NCBI GenBank assembly: GCA_963693365.1
Contig: CAVNZM010000002.1
Location: 9,335,059 to 9,399,058, forward strand
Source of the DNA: Amoebidium appalachense
Lineage: Eukaryota; Protista; Ichthyosporea
Direction of reading: 5' to 3'
DNA length: 64,000 nt
Positions 44,757-64,000 of the stretch are shown here, piece by piece (position 1 is the first letter of the stretch; every line of letters starts with the position of its first letter). The notes below the pieces were generated by a model. That model was given only the letters and a program-made list of their open reading frames with translations, made no database searches and was not told the origin of the DNA. Both the position numbers and the translations under genes were made by a program.

Positions 44757-46104
44757 CCGCACACTCTGATATGCACAAAATGATTCACACACAAAAGATA
44801 GACCCTGTAAACCAAAAAGGGGCATGGCTGCAATTTGTGCACGAAGAAGTCAGCCCCCCCCCCCCCCCCCCCCCCCCCCCCCCAGTTATCTTTCTATCCC
44901 CTGACCCCCCTCCCCCCCCCCCCCCCCTTCCCCCTCCCCAGCCTCGGTAGCGCCAGAAGTTTTTCCTAAAAAAATCCGAGTACTAGTACTAATTATCTTA
45001 TAGGGGATAAATCATCTTAACCATTAAGAAATGGCCACCGTACACGTACATGTATGTAAGAACACGTGCACACATAATATACGGTGTGTGCAACGTCAAA
45101 TTCAGTTCGCCTACCTCTTCCACACTCCCAGCGCTAGCCTCTCTCGCTTCCTGGCTACAGTGCCAAAAAGATTATTCAATCCCTGGCCCCTCCGGATTCT
45201 CCCCCCTTCCCCTGGACCCACGCTTCTGCGGCCGCAGCAGCCCGTACTCCAACCCCCCGAGGCCTCCCCGGCAAAGTTTGCCCCCCCCCCCCCCTCCCCC
45301 CCCCCCCCCGGGAATCCGTCCTTCTACTTACTTCCAATCTTTTCATTTCTTTATATACACTAGATGAATGAATGTCTCCTCCGTTTTGCTAATTTAACGT
45401 ACACGATTTTGAGTGATAGCCATGGACTTGTATCCATACCGGTACCTCGAGCTCAGCCTGGACCCCTCCTCTAGTTATTAGATCTATCTTTTCTAAGTTA
45501 CCCGGCCCCCCCCGTATCTCCCTCCCCCCTCCCTCCTCCCCCCCCCCCCCCCCCTCTCTTCCCCCTGGATGCCCCCCTTCCCCCAGGGCTATAGTTATGT
45601 TCTAGCTATAGCACATAGGCCTCGTGAGAAATACAAATAATCTGTACTCCCCTAGGGCTGTGCCCCGCCCTCGCCCTCCCCGCTCCGAGTCCGCCCCCTC
45701 CCACATGCATACACTTATTGTCACATCTGGGCCAACTGAAAAATATCAATCATTGACCATCGTGAATGGTGAATTGGTGATACAGCATATATATATGGCA
45801 TGTATGTTCTACAAAACTGAGTTTCATATATGTATTGACGATGATGCAATTGTCCTGCAAGACTGCATCATGGTAGCGGCTCACGACCGTGATGTGTGGG
45901 GGGCATGCGCAGCTTGTTCGTATTCGTGCTCCCTCGCTATTAAATGCTAGAATACAGTTATATGCAACTGTCTCTCCGCTCTCGAGCCAATATATTAGCT
46001 CCTAATATTAGGTCTTCTTCCTATGTAGGTACACCGAGGGACGCATTTGCATCAAGGCCTCCTAGATAAACATATGCATCGAGTGTCTACATGTAAAGTG
46101 TGAT

Positions 46105-46225
46105 CACGTGTTGACGCTGTTCAAGTTGACGTGACGTCATGCGTAATATATTTCTGTCAACCAATCATCAGACACCAATTTGTTTACACTCCATATATGG
46201 CTAGCGCGCCAAAATAACCTCCAAT
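46105..46225. promoter_or_regulatory. Dense cluster of transcription-factor consensus sites in the DNMT1/carrier divergent intergenic region
   Basis: CACGTG 46105-46110; TGACGTCA 46132-46139; CCAAT at 46161, 46175, 46221; TGTTTAC 46181-46187; CCATATATGG 46191-46200; GCGCGCCAAA 46204-46213. It lies in a microsatellite-free stretch. Confidence 0.65.
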
Positions 46226-47638
46226 AGGATCCAAGGATCTGTGTTCACCCGGGGCCGGCAACTGACTGTCCCGGCCGGCCGGAAACTTTGGGAAGCTTCT
46301 CAGTTTGGTTTAAATTTCCAGAAAAGTTCTGGCAGAAACGTCAGAACCTGTTGTATGCATAATATATAAGAATATATTGTAGGTTTCTGTTGCTGGATAA
46401 TAAGATAAATACCAACCACAAACCCGCTTAGTTTATCATATCCAAAAACAAGAATTGTTAGATTGTTGAATCAACCAGGAGTCATTTAAAGCCTCTCTCT
46501 GGCCCCATTTTTATCCTTCCCCAGCATTCTCAGCTCAGTTTTGCAGCCAAGCACACACACGACACACGTGGGTTCTCAGGTTGCTTGCATAAACGGCAAC
46601 CTCTGTGTGCCATTTAAACACAGCATTCCATAGAGCTAACACCAAGAACAGCGCGAAATACAACTACACATCGCTGCTTCTAGATAAGGTCAGAGTAGGA
46701 AGCTAGACATATCCAGCACCTAGTTGACCATCCATCTTTGGGTTCTTGAATAGAACGGAGCAGAACAAGGTACACCTATAGGTTTCGCGACGTGTCACAG
46801 GTGTGTGAAAACAATTTCTTGCTTGTTCTGGTGTTTCTAGTTGTTCTGTCTTGCGTTTCCTGGTTTCTCTCTTTGATGCTAGGAAAAAGGGGTGTCTAAT
46901 CAAACTCAAGGGGAGAAGGAGGAGGCAGTGTGTGTAGGGTTCAACTCATGTTTGTGCCTGTAAAAAGAAATGCAGTTCCGTGAGGAGTAGTAAGGTGGTG
47001 GGAAAGATTGGGTGATGTGCTCGGTTAGAAGAAAGAAGGCGAGCTTGGAGTTGGAGGGATGGGTGGTTGGGTGAGTGGTGGTGGCGGGGGGAAAGGGAGG
47101 GGGGGGGTAGGTGGGGAGGGGAGGGAGGGGGGGGGGGGGATGCGAGACGGGAGGTTTTTTAGCGCGTCTTTGGTGTACCGGGGTGGCGCGGGGGGGGGGG
47201 GGGGGGGGGGGGGGAGGGAGGGGGAGGGGGAGGGGGGAGGTACGGTTGGTAGCAGGACGGAGAGCGATGTTTGTATGTGCGAGGGGAAGGGGTAAGGTTA
47301 AGTGATGATATCGTGAGGCAAGCCGAAGGAGAGAAGGGGGAGGCGGAAAGGGTAGTAGGGGTGGTGTGTGTGTGGGGGGGGTGTTGGGGGTGGGGGGGGG
47401 GGGGGGGGGGAGGGGAGGGAGGGGGTAAGTGAGGAATAGTTGACGGGATCGGAAAGGTGACAGTGGTAGTGCACTACATTGGGGCCTTTACGGCTAGCGA
47501 GAGGTGGTTGTTGTTAGTGTTAGTACCAACTTTGAGTCATATGGGGGGGGGGAGAGGGGGGGGGATGGGGGGGGGGGAGGGATGAGGGTATGGTGATGAG
47601 AGAGGTGAAGGGGAGGGGGGGGGGAAGCACGGCAGGTG

Positions 47639-47670
<32 letters not shown>

Positions 47671-47809
47671 AGTGGTATGGGGAGGAAGGGAGGTGGGAGG
47701 AAACTGGGAATGATACGAGGAGGGAAAGGGGGGGACGGGGGAAGGATATGAGAGACATTGGGGGCAACAGAGATCTTCGCGAAATTCTGTATCAGTGGTG
47801 TATCTCAAG

Positions 47810-47881
47810 GCTATCTCACATAGTATTGCATATCTTACGACTATCTCACTTAGTATTGTATATCTCACAAGACTATCTCAC
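47810..47881. repeat. ~30-bp unit, about 2.5 copies, directly upstream of the first carrier coding exon
   Basis: CTATCTCAC(A/T)TAGTATTG(C/T)ATATCT repeated. Confidence 0.8.
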
Positions 47882-47893
47882 GTGTCCACAGGC

Positions 47894-54910
<7,017 letters not shown>

Positions 54911-55124
54911 AAATTATGTTTGCGGTCTTGAACGAATGTGTAATTAGCTGGTCCAGTGCATGCGCATGCTGAGAAGTTGTCTGACGATTGATGTTGGTGT
55001 GCGTGTATGCTTGTTCGGCGCGCGATATAGACAAAGTGTGGGTAAAACACGTTTTTGGGATATGAGATGTGGAGGCAGTTTGGGGTTGGTGGTGTTTTTT
55101 TTTTTTTTTTTTTTTTTTTTTCCG

Positions 55125-55172
<48 letters not shown>

Positions 55173-56457
55173 GAGGGGGGGGGGGGGGGGGTATGGGAAA
55201 GTTACCGGAATACGGTAAAGATTTCAATGTTTCCATGTACATAGCAAGTGCCACATTCAATGATACCCATTTCGCTGCAAATTTTATCACGTTAAGGGAT
55301 TGTATTCTAGCTCTCGGAATACCGGTATATCTGGCACCCTCCGTATCGGATAATAAATAGCAAACCTTTGTGCAACTTATACTTTGCATTTGTTTTGGGG
55401 TAATTATCGATACCTCATTTTGTTGTTAATTGGGTCCACGATCTTCAATGCATGATCCCTGGCCAATGGGATGGCTGGCCATCCCAGTAACTTTCATTTT
55501 GCTCTGTGTTAATGAAACCACAATAAACGGTGATAGCTCGTACTTGTGATGGGCTTACCGCATTGTCACCAGCCCCTCTTTTTCCTCCAGGGGCGGACGG
55601 GGGGAGGGGGGGGATCGATATCAGGTGCCAGCACCTCAGCAACAGTGTTTCCACCGAACAAGATACCAAGCTAGACAACGAGATACAACTCACGTCAATC
55701 ATGAGATATACCTCAGATGCCAGACGCACACACGGAGGAGAGTGTCTAGACATAGACCTATCGGTTTGGTGCTTACAAACAGTGCACCGGCATGCATGCA
55801 CATGCCAATCAAAGGTTATAATAAGCGTTCGTTTGTTATTGGGGTGAACACAATATGGGTCTTTTCGTTCGAGGTCACGGGGAAGGCCGAATACTCAGTC
55901 CGGAATTCGGCTGGGGGAAAAGAGCATGTTAAGGGGGGAAAGGGGGTGGGAGGAGGCGTACAAGGGCATGAATGTGGGGGGGGGGTGGGGGGGTGGGTGG
56001 GTGGGTGGGTGGGGGGGGGGGGGGGGGGGGGGGGTTTGACAACCCTATGGGTTTGTTAATCAAAATCTTGAAAGACTGTTAGCTTGAAGAAGGGCCGGAG
56101 AACTGGCTGGATGAACAATGTATAGCCGGTGTAAGTGGAGGTTGATCTTGATCTGGAAGTATGTGTAACAGGCAGGTGCGTAAGGGCTTGCTCCAAATTT
56201 AAAATGGAGGAGGAAGAGCAGAGTGGACCCGTGCAAGTACTGTTGTTTTTTTTTAGAGACCTGGGGGGGAGGGGGGGGGGGGGGGAGAAGACGGAGAGGG
56301 AGGGAGCCTCAGGGAGGGAGGGAGGGAGAGGAGAGAGAGAGAGAGAGAGCGAGTGTGTGTGTGTGTGTGTGTTTGTGTGACTGTGCGTGTGTGGCGGTGG
56401 TGATGGATGGTGGTGTATGTGTCCATTTGATCGAGGGGGGGAGAGGGGAAGGGAGAA

Positions 56458-56488
<31 letters not shown>

Positions 56489-56846
56489 GGGATACCAGAG
56501 AGGGAGGAAGAAAGGGAGGGAGGGAGGGAAGGAGAGGAGAGAGGGAGTGTGTGTGTGTGCTTGTGTGTGTGGCGGTGGTGATGGATGGCCGGTGTTGTGC
56601 CCATCTGAGGGGGGGAGGGTGGGGAGGGGGGGAGGCTAGGGAAGGGAAGAGGAGGGGCGGATGAAGCCAGGCGAGGTAAGGGAGAGGAATTTGTCGAGGG
56701 GAGAGGGGAGGGGTAGGTTTGACCAGGCAGGTAGATGGCTGGACAGGGAAATAACCGTGGTTTGTATGGGTGTGCATGTAGGCGCGCGCGAGTGTGCGCG
56801 CATCAGATTCTGCGTAGGCTTGCGCAATAGCTCTTTTTTTTTTTTT

Positions 56847-56885
<39 letters not shown>

Positions 56886-57224
56886 AGGGGCATCTCTTTA
56901 CTCGTCCTTCCCCTTAAAGACAATTCAGCGGCAGGTCTTGTTCGCACCTACCTGTTTTAGCAAATGCCAACTTGGCGGCCTCTCCACCCCCACACTCCAT
57001 TCCCCCCTTACGCTAGCTGCACGTGATAGGTAGCTGCACTTGAATCCTCAGTGTGCACCTACTCCCCCCCCCCCTCCCCCTCCCCCCAACCTCTCCCTCC
57101 GAAAAAAAAAAATCCGTTTAACTATATTAACTTAGTTTACCTCAGTGACCGCATTTATCATTAGAGCGTGCACACACTGAATCAGATGTAGGTGGGCTCA
57201 ACGACAGAGAGATCAGGATAAGAA

Positions 57225-57259
<35 letters not shown>

Positions 57260-57556
57260 GGGAGGGAGTGCGTGTGTGTGTATGTGTGACTATGAGCTTT
57301 CGAGCGGAGAGGGCTGGAGACAGAAAGGGAGACTCTGAGAGAGATAGAGCGAGAGAGAGAAAGAGAGAGGGAGGGAGGATGAGAGAGTGTGCGTGTGTGT
57401 GTGTGCCTGTTACAAAGTTTGTTGAGTCTGAGTTTGAGAGAGAGAGAGAGAGAAAGAACGCTCGAAAGGGGAGGAGAGAGAGCGTTTGTGTATGTGTGCG
57501 CGTGTGTAACTCAGAATTTGCAAGCTCGCTCTGAGGTGGGGAGGGAAAGAGAGAAC

Positions 57557-57589
<33 letters not shown>

Positions 57590-57606
57590 GGGGGGGGGGG
57601 AGGGGG

Positions 57607-57680
<74 letters not shown>

Positions 57681-58081
57681 CACGGTTAAGACTGCAATCC
57701 GGGGAGGGGGGGGGGGGGGTGGGGGTGGGGGTTGTAAACCGCTGATATTCAACCCTCACCGAATTGGACAACCTCCCACGATGCTCACCACTATTTATTT
57801 ATGGAGTGCCTGCTATCGCTTTCCACATAGCTGAATTGGCGCCTATAACGGCTGTCCGACTGGCTGTGTGCATACAGTGCCTCAGCTTGACCGGCAGGGC
57901 TACACGTGCGTACTATGCATCCTCGTCAAAACGTGTTGTATGCCTCAGTCTGATTGTCAACGGCATAAGATGTTTACATGGGCCGTGGGACACGGCAAAC
58001 CTCTGCCATCATTTGTCATTGTGGTACAGGTTTATACATAGCCTGAAAACAATCAACAGTGTAAAGTGTTCGTGCACGTGC

Positions 58082-58585
58082 GCTAAATTAAAAAAAATAA
58101 ATGTGCCAGATCTAGTCGACTATCGCCCAGTTGGCATCATTGCTAAAATAAAAAAAAAAAATGTGCCAGATCTAGTCGACTATCGCCCAGTTGGCATCAT
58201 GGCTAAAATAAAAAAAATAAATGTGCCAGCTCTAGTCGACTATCGCCCAGTTGGCATCATGGCTAAAATAAAAAAATAAATGTGCCAGCTCTAGTCGACT
58301 ATCGCCCAGTTGGCATCATGGCTAACACAAAATAAAAAAATAAATGTGCCAGATCTAGTCGACTATCGCCCAGTTGGCATCATGACTAACACAAAATAAT
58401 AATAAAAAATGTGCTAGATCTAGTCGACTATCGCCCAGTTGGCATCATGGCTAAAATAAAAAAATAAATGTGCCAGATGTAGTCGACTATCGCCCAGTTG
58501 GCATCATGGCTAATATAAAAAAAATAAATGTGCCAGCTCTAGTCGACTATCGCCCAGTTGGCATCATGGCTAAAATAAAAAATTA
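58082..58585. repeat. Tandem array of eight ~60-bp units with a conserved palindromic core and A-rich linker
   Basis: Core ATGTGCCAG(A/C)TCTAGTCGACTATCGCCCAGTTGGCATCATGGCTAA recurs near 58100, 58161, 58221, 58280, 58345, 58409, 58468, 58528; linkers are AAAATAAAAAA variants. Confidence 0.95.
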
Positions 58586-58609
58586 AACTGAATAAATGTC
58601 ATCAAAATG

Positions 58610-58790
58610 CATGTCACATTAGTAGGTGGAGAACAGATATAATTAGTTCTGAGCAGAACACATGTCACATTAGTCGGTGGAAAAGAGATATAATTAATAG
58701 TCCTGAGGCTGAACATATATGTCAAGTTAGTAGGTGGAAAACAGTTAGTCCTGAACAGAACACCGTGTCATATCAGTAGGTGGAAACAGC
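58610..58790. repeat. Degenerate ~50-bp tandem repeat, about 4 copies
   Basis: Recurrent TGTCACATTAGTAGGTGGA(A/G)AACAG...TAGTCCTGA..AGAACA. Confidence 0.8.
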
Positions 58791-59361
58791 TAGCCTGTGC
58801 TTCAATTGAATCATTACCACTGTACACAAGGCTTTGTTTCCCGCAGCCTGTGGCTGTGGTGTTACAAAGGTCTCCAAAAACCTATACACGGTGGATGTTA
58901 ATTCTGCTTACAGTACCAGTTTTATGGCATCCATTTAATGGGAAAGGGGAGAGAGAACCCAGGGGGGCCGGAGGGGGGGGGGGGGGGGGGAAGAGGAGGA
59001 GGGGGGTGAGGAGGGGGAGAAAGAGGGGGGGGGGGGGGGGGGAAAGGGAATGTGAAGTGGGCGATTAGTTTTCCGTATGACTCGCCATGTTATTAAATTG
59101 AGTGAAGCACAACCTGCGTGAGTCCCTCGTCTTGAACTCGACAGAAAGAAAACTGCACTGGCGATTATCATAACTTAATTTAAAGTAGACCAACATGTTA
59201 AATGGCAAGGGTGATAGCATAAAAAGGTAAGCTAACTGGATTAATAAGGGTGAACTCAAAGATAAACACACGTGGAATAGTAAGGGTGATAAACCTTTTA
59301 CGACAAACACATGTGGAATGGGTGTCACAGTGCCGCGAGCACACCACACAGTGTCACTTAC

Positions 59362-59980
59362 TCTTGAGGCATCAACGTCGACCTTAAGGAAGGCCAACTC
59401 CTTTGATTAAAATGGCTCTCCACCTGCGGCAGAACGAAAGAAGACACCGCCTTGCACCGAGAGCACCACATTGCGTCAAATACGACCACAACCTGGAGGG
59501 TGGCACGGCTTCAGACATTCACGGCCAGAATTCAACAACATCCGAAACATCCCGTAACGGTTGCTTTTTTTTTTTTTTTCTTTTTTTTTGGTGGTGGTGG
59601 GGGGGGGGGGGGGGGGGGAGGGGGGGGGGCGCATGCAAGAGAAGTGACTCAAAGCCGCAGTCACTGACAGACATAATAGTGTCCAGTGTCACTAATGATT
59701 GGAACCAGCTTCTCAGGTCTGAACACAAATAACCAGCCGCCTAGGTGCCTTGAGATTCAAAGGCTTGAAGCTCACATTAGAGCTAAATAAAGTTACAAAA
59801 AGCTACATCCAGTCACATCAAAGCTAAATCATATCACACTTGGTGGCACCACCAGCCAACTTCTGGGCGAATTAATAATGCGATGGTGATACTACATATA
59901 TTGCCTTTTCCAAATCAGCAACCATGTGTGGCTCTGTATGGGGATCTTACCGTTTTCCCCTGGCTGATTAAATCATCGAA
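59362..59980 (-). CDS. Thioredoxin-fold protein, partial model (two internal exons), CxxC = WCSRC; one frameshift
   Basis: Exon 59980-59951 (cag|FDDLISQGKT|gtaaga) joins in phase to exon 59492-59362 (cag|VVVVFDAMWCSRCKAVSSFVLPQVESHFNQ / ELAFLKVDVDASR|gtaagt), matching the thioredoxin pattern F..LI....VVV.F.A.WC..CK...FLKVDVD. A 1-bp shift falls at 59402-59404. Start and end exons are unresolved; it could be a pseudogene. Confidence 0.65.
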
Positions 59981-60188
59981 CTGTCATGAAAATTCTAGCC
60001 TAAAGGCCGGTCGGCATTCGGTCGGCAAGTCCTGAATCGGGTCGGTCGCCGTGCTGACCCGGCCGCGGCATCATAGAAAACCCTCGGGAGTTCTCGCGTT
60101 GTGTGTGCCTGTGTCAAGGACTTTGTATACCGTGAATGTGTGTGCACGTGTGCGTGTGTGTTGTGTGTACGTGTATGTGTGTACCAGA

Positions 60189-60230
<42 letters not shown>

Positions 60231-60244
60231 TGTGTGTGTGCGCG

Positions 60245-60353
<109 letters not shown>

Positions 60354-60495
60354 TCTTGCATGCTGGCCATGGCGCAACTACTTCATGATGCACAACTATA
60401 TTATATTTGTGTTTACTTCCCCTTGCCCGGTCTCTCTCTTGGCTCCCCCCCTCCCTCCCCCCCCCCCCTCCCCCCACCTCTCCCCCCAACCCAAT

Positions 60496-60526
<31 letters not shown>

Positions 60527-60542
60527 TGCGAGCACCCACTTA

Positions 60543-60680
<138 letters not shown>

Positions 60681-61711
60681 GCACACACACACACACACAC
60701 CGCCACCCCCCACCCCCCCACACACCCACCCACACACACAACCACACACATCGAAAGGTACACACACACACGCAAGACATTATTGCGTATGACCAGTGCC
60801 CGTATGTTAATCGAAATATTCCTTTTTATGATAACGGATGTAATATACCAGGTGATGATTTGTGCAATGTACGTTCAACTTGAGCTACCATCGGCCTCTA
60901 CTCATGAAATACAACATACTGTACTTAGATACCGCCTGGCAAGTATTACGATATGATATGGGAGGTTTGTAACTTCATATGCAGCACACAGGAAATAGTA
61001 CCGCAAACCTCCCCCACTTTCTGAAGTGAGCAATTTTTTTGCTTGGCCTAAAAAATACCCCTGCTGAGAGCTTTTGGGGAAGTGATGCATCAAGTTGAAT
61101 TACACTCAATCTACGCACCTTGCCCAGCAAGATCCATACCTGAGATAATCTGCATTAACTTTGTTCCACTTTCAGATCATTATAATAAAAAAGCGAATAC
61201 ATAATCATTTAGTGATCAGTTTAGAGCCTCGCGGCGGTAAATCCCTAGATACAAAGTCCAATGCGAGCTACCCATGGCCAATACGTGCGTATAGCTGACA
61301 ACTAGTATGCCATAATGGCCCAGCATGGAAACCCCCCCCCCCCCTCTCCTCCAAAATATCTTTGCACGAAGAGGTGTATCATACAAAGACGTCTGTGCAT
61401 AGTATTACCATACGAAACACATCTACGTATTGTCCTGAAGCCTGTACCCGTTGAACAAACAGCAACAAGGAGGAGAACGATACATATAGAAGCCGATAGT
61501 CGTTACGGGAAAGCTCTAAGACAATCCGCTGTTGTAAAAAGCCTCGCAACACGGAAATACCAAAACGGCCCGGGATGTGATCCATTTTCTGCCCTAACAA
61601 ATATCCTTATAATCGATCTAATACTTGGATCATAAAAACAGACCTCACCTTTCCACAAACGTTGACTTGCCAACCTTGCTGCGATGTTTTCATGTCTACA
61701 TCGGATTTCAT

Positions 61712-62153
61712 TTAGTTCAGCGAAAGCGCCGAGCTGAGTGAAGCAACCATCTTATTCACGGTCTCGTTTCTATCCATCGTGCCCACAATGTCATTCCTCA
61801 ACCCCTCCTTAATCTGCGGCCTGTGCTTTCTCTCATTGAGCAGAGTCAAAAACCTCATAGCCTTGGGCATCTTATACCCGGCCTCCTTTAACAACGCCCC
61901 CAAATCTCGGTTGTTGTACAGCGCATAGTACGATTTCATAGCGGCGGCCTCAAGATCCGACCACCTCGATCCGGGCATAAGATCCATGAGCTTTTCTGCC
62001 TTTGAGCACCCGCACTCGACGAAATCTTCGGACTGTGCGCACACCCCAGCCTCTGACCGCTTGGTTCGTAGCATGTCACCGACCTGAACAGAACGGGATT
62101 GGGTGTTAAGAGTACGGCAGGTGAGTGGTGTGGTGTGGCTGGATGGATGCTGG

Positions 62154-62228
<75 letters not shown>

Positions 62229-62333
62229 ATCGTGAGTGTGTGTGTGGAGGGGGGGGGAGGGGGGCATTGGTGGGGGGGGGGGGGGGGGGAGAGGGGGGGG
62301 ACGGTGGAGGGGGGAGAAGGGTGTGGGGTGTTG

Positions 62334-62404
<71 letters not shown>

Positions 62405-62991
62405 CGCGCGCGCGTGTGTGTGGAGGGAGAGGGGGAGGGGTGGGAAGGGGGGCCCAGGGGAGACTGGGGTGGTGAAGCGAAACAGACCGAGGGAGCGCGA
62501 GTCTTGGGAGGAGACTCCAAGACGTGCTTTTTCCAACGAATCAAAATGACTCCAAGACGTGCTTTCCAACGAATCAAAAGCAAGGAGAGCCATGAATGCA
62601 GCAAAACTGAAAGCACAAAACATGTGGTACTCAAGCACGCACGCATGCACGCACATGTACAAACACCCCTTATCGGCTTTAACCAGGCAACGAATAACGG
62701 CAGTCGAAAAACCCACACACACCTTCTTGAACCTATCCGGAAAGTATATCGGATTGATCATCAGCCCCTTGTCGAGGGGCGCCTTCTTCCCCAGGCTGGC
62801 GCTCAGATCGATCAACACAATGTCCCCTTCAGGCGCCAACATAACGTTGTTGTGGTGCCGGTCGGTAATGTCAAACGCACACGTGACCACCATCACGGCA
62901 AGCATCGAGTAGTAGAAGGCAGCCCACTTGCGGCAGTCGCAGCCCAAAAGCTCGTCCACCTCTTTGGCGTGGTAGCTGAGCATCGTTTTGC
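61712..62991 (-). CDS. PI3K/PI4K-like kinase catalytic domain, last two exons (5' part not resolved or outside the window)
   Basis: Exons 62991-62723 and 62083-61712 (TAA). [43 protein letters not shown] matches the PI3K catalytic/activation loop (F..S.A...V.T...I.DRH..N.M...G....ID....LG); later [13 protein letters not shown] matches the KAY..LR helix. Confidence 0.75.
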
Positions 62992-63135
62992 CTGGAAAGG
63001 TGTGTGTGTGTGTGTACGTGTGTGTGTGTGTGTGTGTACGTGTGCCAAGTAGTGTGTGTGTGTGTGTGTGCGTGTGTGTGTGTGTGTGTGTTGTCTATAC
63101 GTGTATCATGGTGTGTTTGTGTGTGGGCGCGCACA

Positions 63136-63166
<31 letters not shown>

Positions 63167-63182
63167 CTGTGTACCTTTGCCA

Positions 63183-63253
<71 letters not shown>

Positions 63254-63747
63254 TTTGTTTGTGTGCGTGTGTGTGCATGTGCATGTGTGTGAGTGAGTGA
63301 GTGAATGAGTGAGCAAGCGAGTGAGTGAGCGAGAAGGGGAAAGGGGGGGGGGGGGGGGGGGGGGGAGTGGAAGGGTTTAGAGTGCGAGATTGGCAGTATG
63401 AAGTAAAAACTCAAAACGAACAACAGGAAGCGGATAACAAAAAATAACACAAGGGTATGGAACACGGGGGGACGGGGGAACAAGGGGAAGGAGGCAAATT
63501 TTGAACCCATAAGATGTGAGAATTTGAACTTCATTCGGATAATAAAGACACAAGCCTCTCGTGTGATTGTCCCTTAAAACATGATGCCGCCAAAAAACCT
63601 GGCACAACACATCATTAAAAAAAAAAGAGACAATCACAATCCCCAATGTGTAGTATAAGCAAGGTCTATTCTCACGGGGTCTCTTATTATTCACAATTCG
63701 AGTTGCGGGGAGGGCGTGGAGGTCTTCTGCTTCTTCTTCTTCTTTTT

Positions 63748-63778
<31 letters not shown>

Positions 63779-63879
63779 GGGGAGGGGGAGGGGGGGGGGG
63801 AAATGTGGGTCTACAGGAATACACCAAGTCCAAGAGCTTTTGAGTTAACTATCAAGAGTCCAAGTGTCCGGGTGGGTGG

Positions 63880-63934
<55 letters not shown>

Positions 63935-64000
63935 GGAGGGGGGAGGGGGGAAGGAGGGGGGGGAGGGGGGAAGGAGGGGGGGGAGGGGAGGAAGGAAGCT

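Noticed and set aside
55445-57000. Exon-like complex patches on the minus strand (e.g. AEFRTEYSAFPVTSNEK at about 55910-55820)
   Set aside because: No identifiable domain or consistent splice chain; could be UTR or the tail of the thioredoxin-like locus.
57995-58041. In-frame TGA after LYHNDK as possible selenocysteine
   Set aside because: Not at a redox motif position, exon membership is unproven, and no SECIS element was recognised.
57764-58279. 171-aa ORF with repeated NVPDLVDYRPVGI
   Set aside because: It reads into the 60-bp tandem array, and the frame is lost as linker lengths vary.
58082-58585. CRISPR-like array (palindromic repeats at regular spacing)
   Set aside because: Spacers are short near-identical A-rich linkers rather than unique sequences, there are no cas genes, and the context is eukaryotic.

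Overview
Intron-rich eukaryotic genomic DNA. Its introns are saturated with poly-C/poly-G, (CA)n, (CT)n and (GCAC)n runs, so almost all ORFs in the supplied track are microsatellite artefacts; genes had to be rebuilt by hand from GT-AG exons. Six genes are supportable: (1) 3' half of a phosphoinositide phospholipase C (+, 181-4420); (2) an intronless Ser-rich protein with a FEZ/SCHIP-like C-terminal coiled coil (-, 8385-10634); (3) a ~27 kb, ~34-exon DNMT1-type cytosine methyltransferase (-, 13634-40776; RFTS, CXXC, BAH1, BAH2, MTase); (4) a 10-exon OAC1/SLC25A34-35-like mitochondrial carrier (+, 47894-54910); (5) a partial thioredoxin-fold gene with a WCSRC motif (-, 59362-59980); (6) the 3' end of a divergent PI3K/PI4K-like kinase (-, 61712-62991). 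The most interesting object is the DNMT1: it has a PHD-like finger inserted inside RFTS, a divergent SAM-binding motif I, no KG linker, and apparently lacks the TRD segment that reads the parental-strand methyl group. A dispersed 66-bp repeat differs only at CpG sites, consistent with active CpG methylation in this genome. A dense E-box/CRE/CCAAT/forkhead/CArG/E2F motif cluster lies between the divergently oriented DNMT1 and carrier genes. Four 1-bp frameshifts all fall in homopolymers and are probably assembly errors. A unicellular holozoan (e.g. ichthyosporean) origin fits but is inference only. All protein calls rest on remembered motifs, not database searches.
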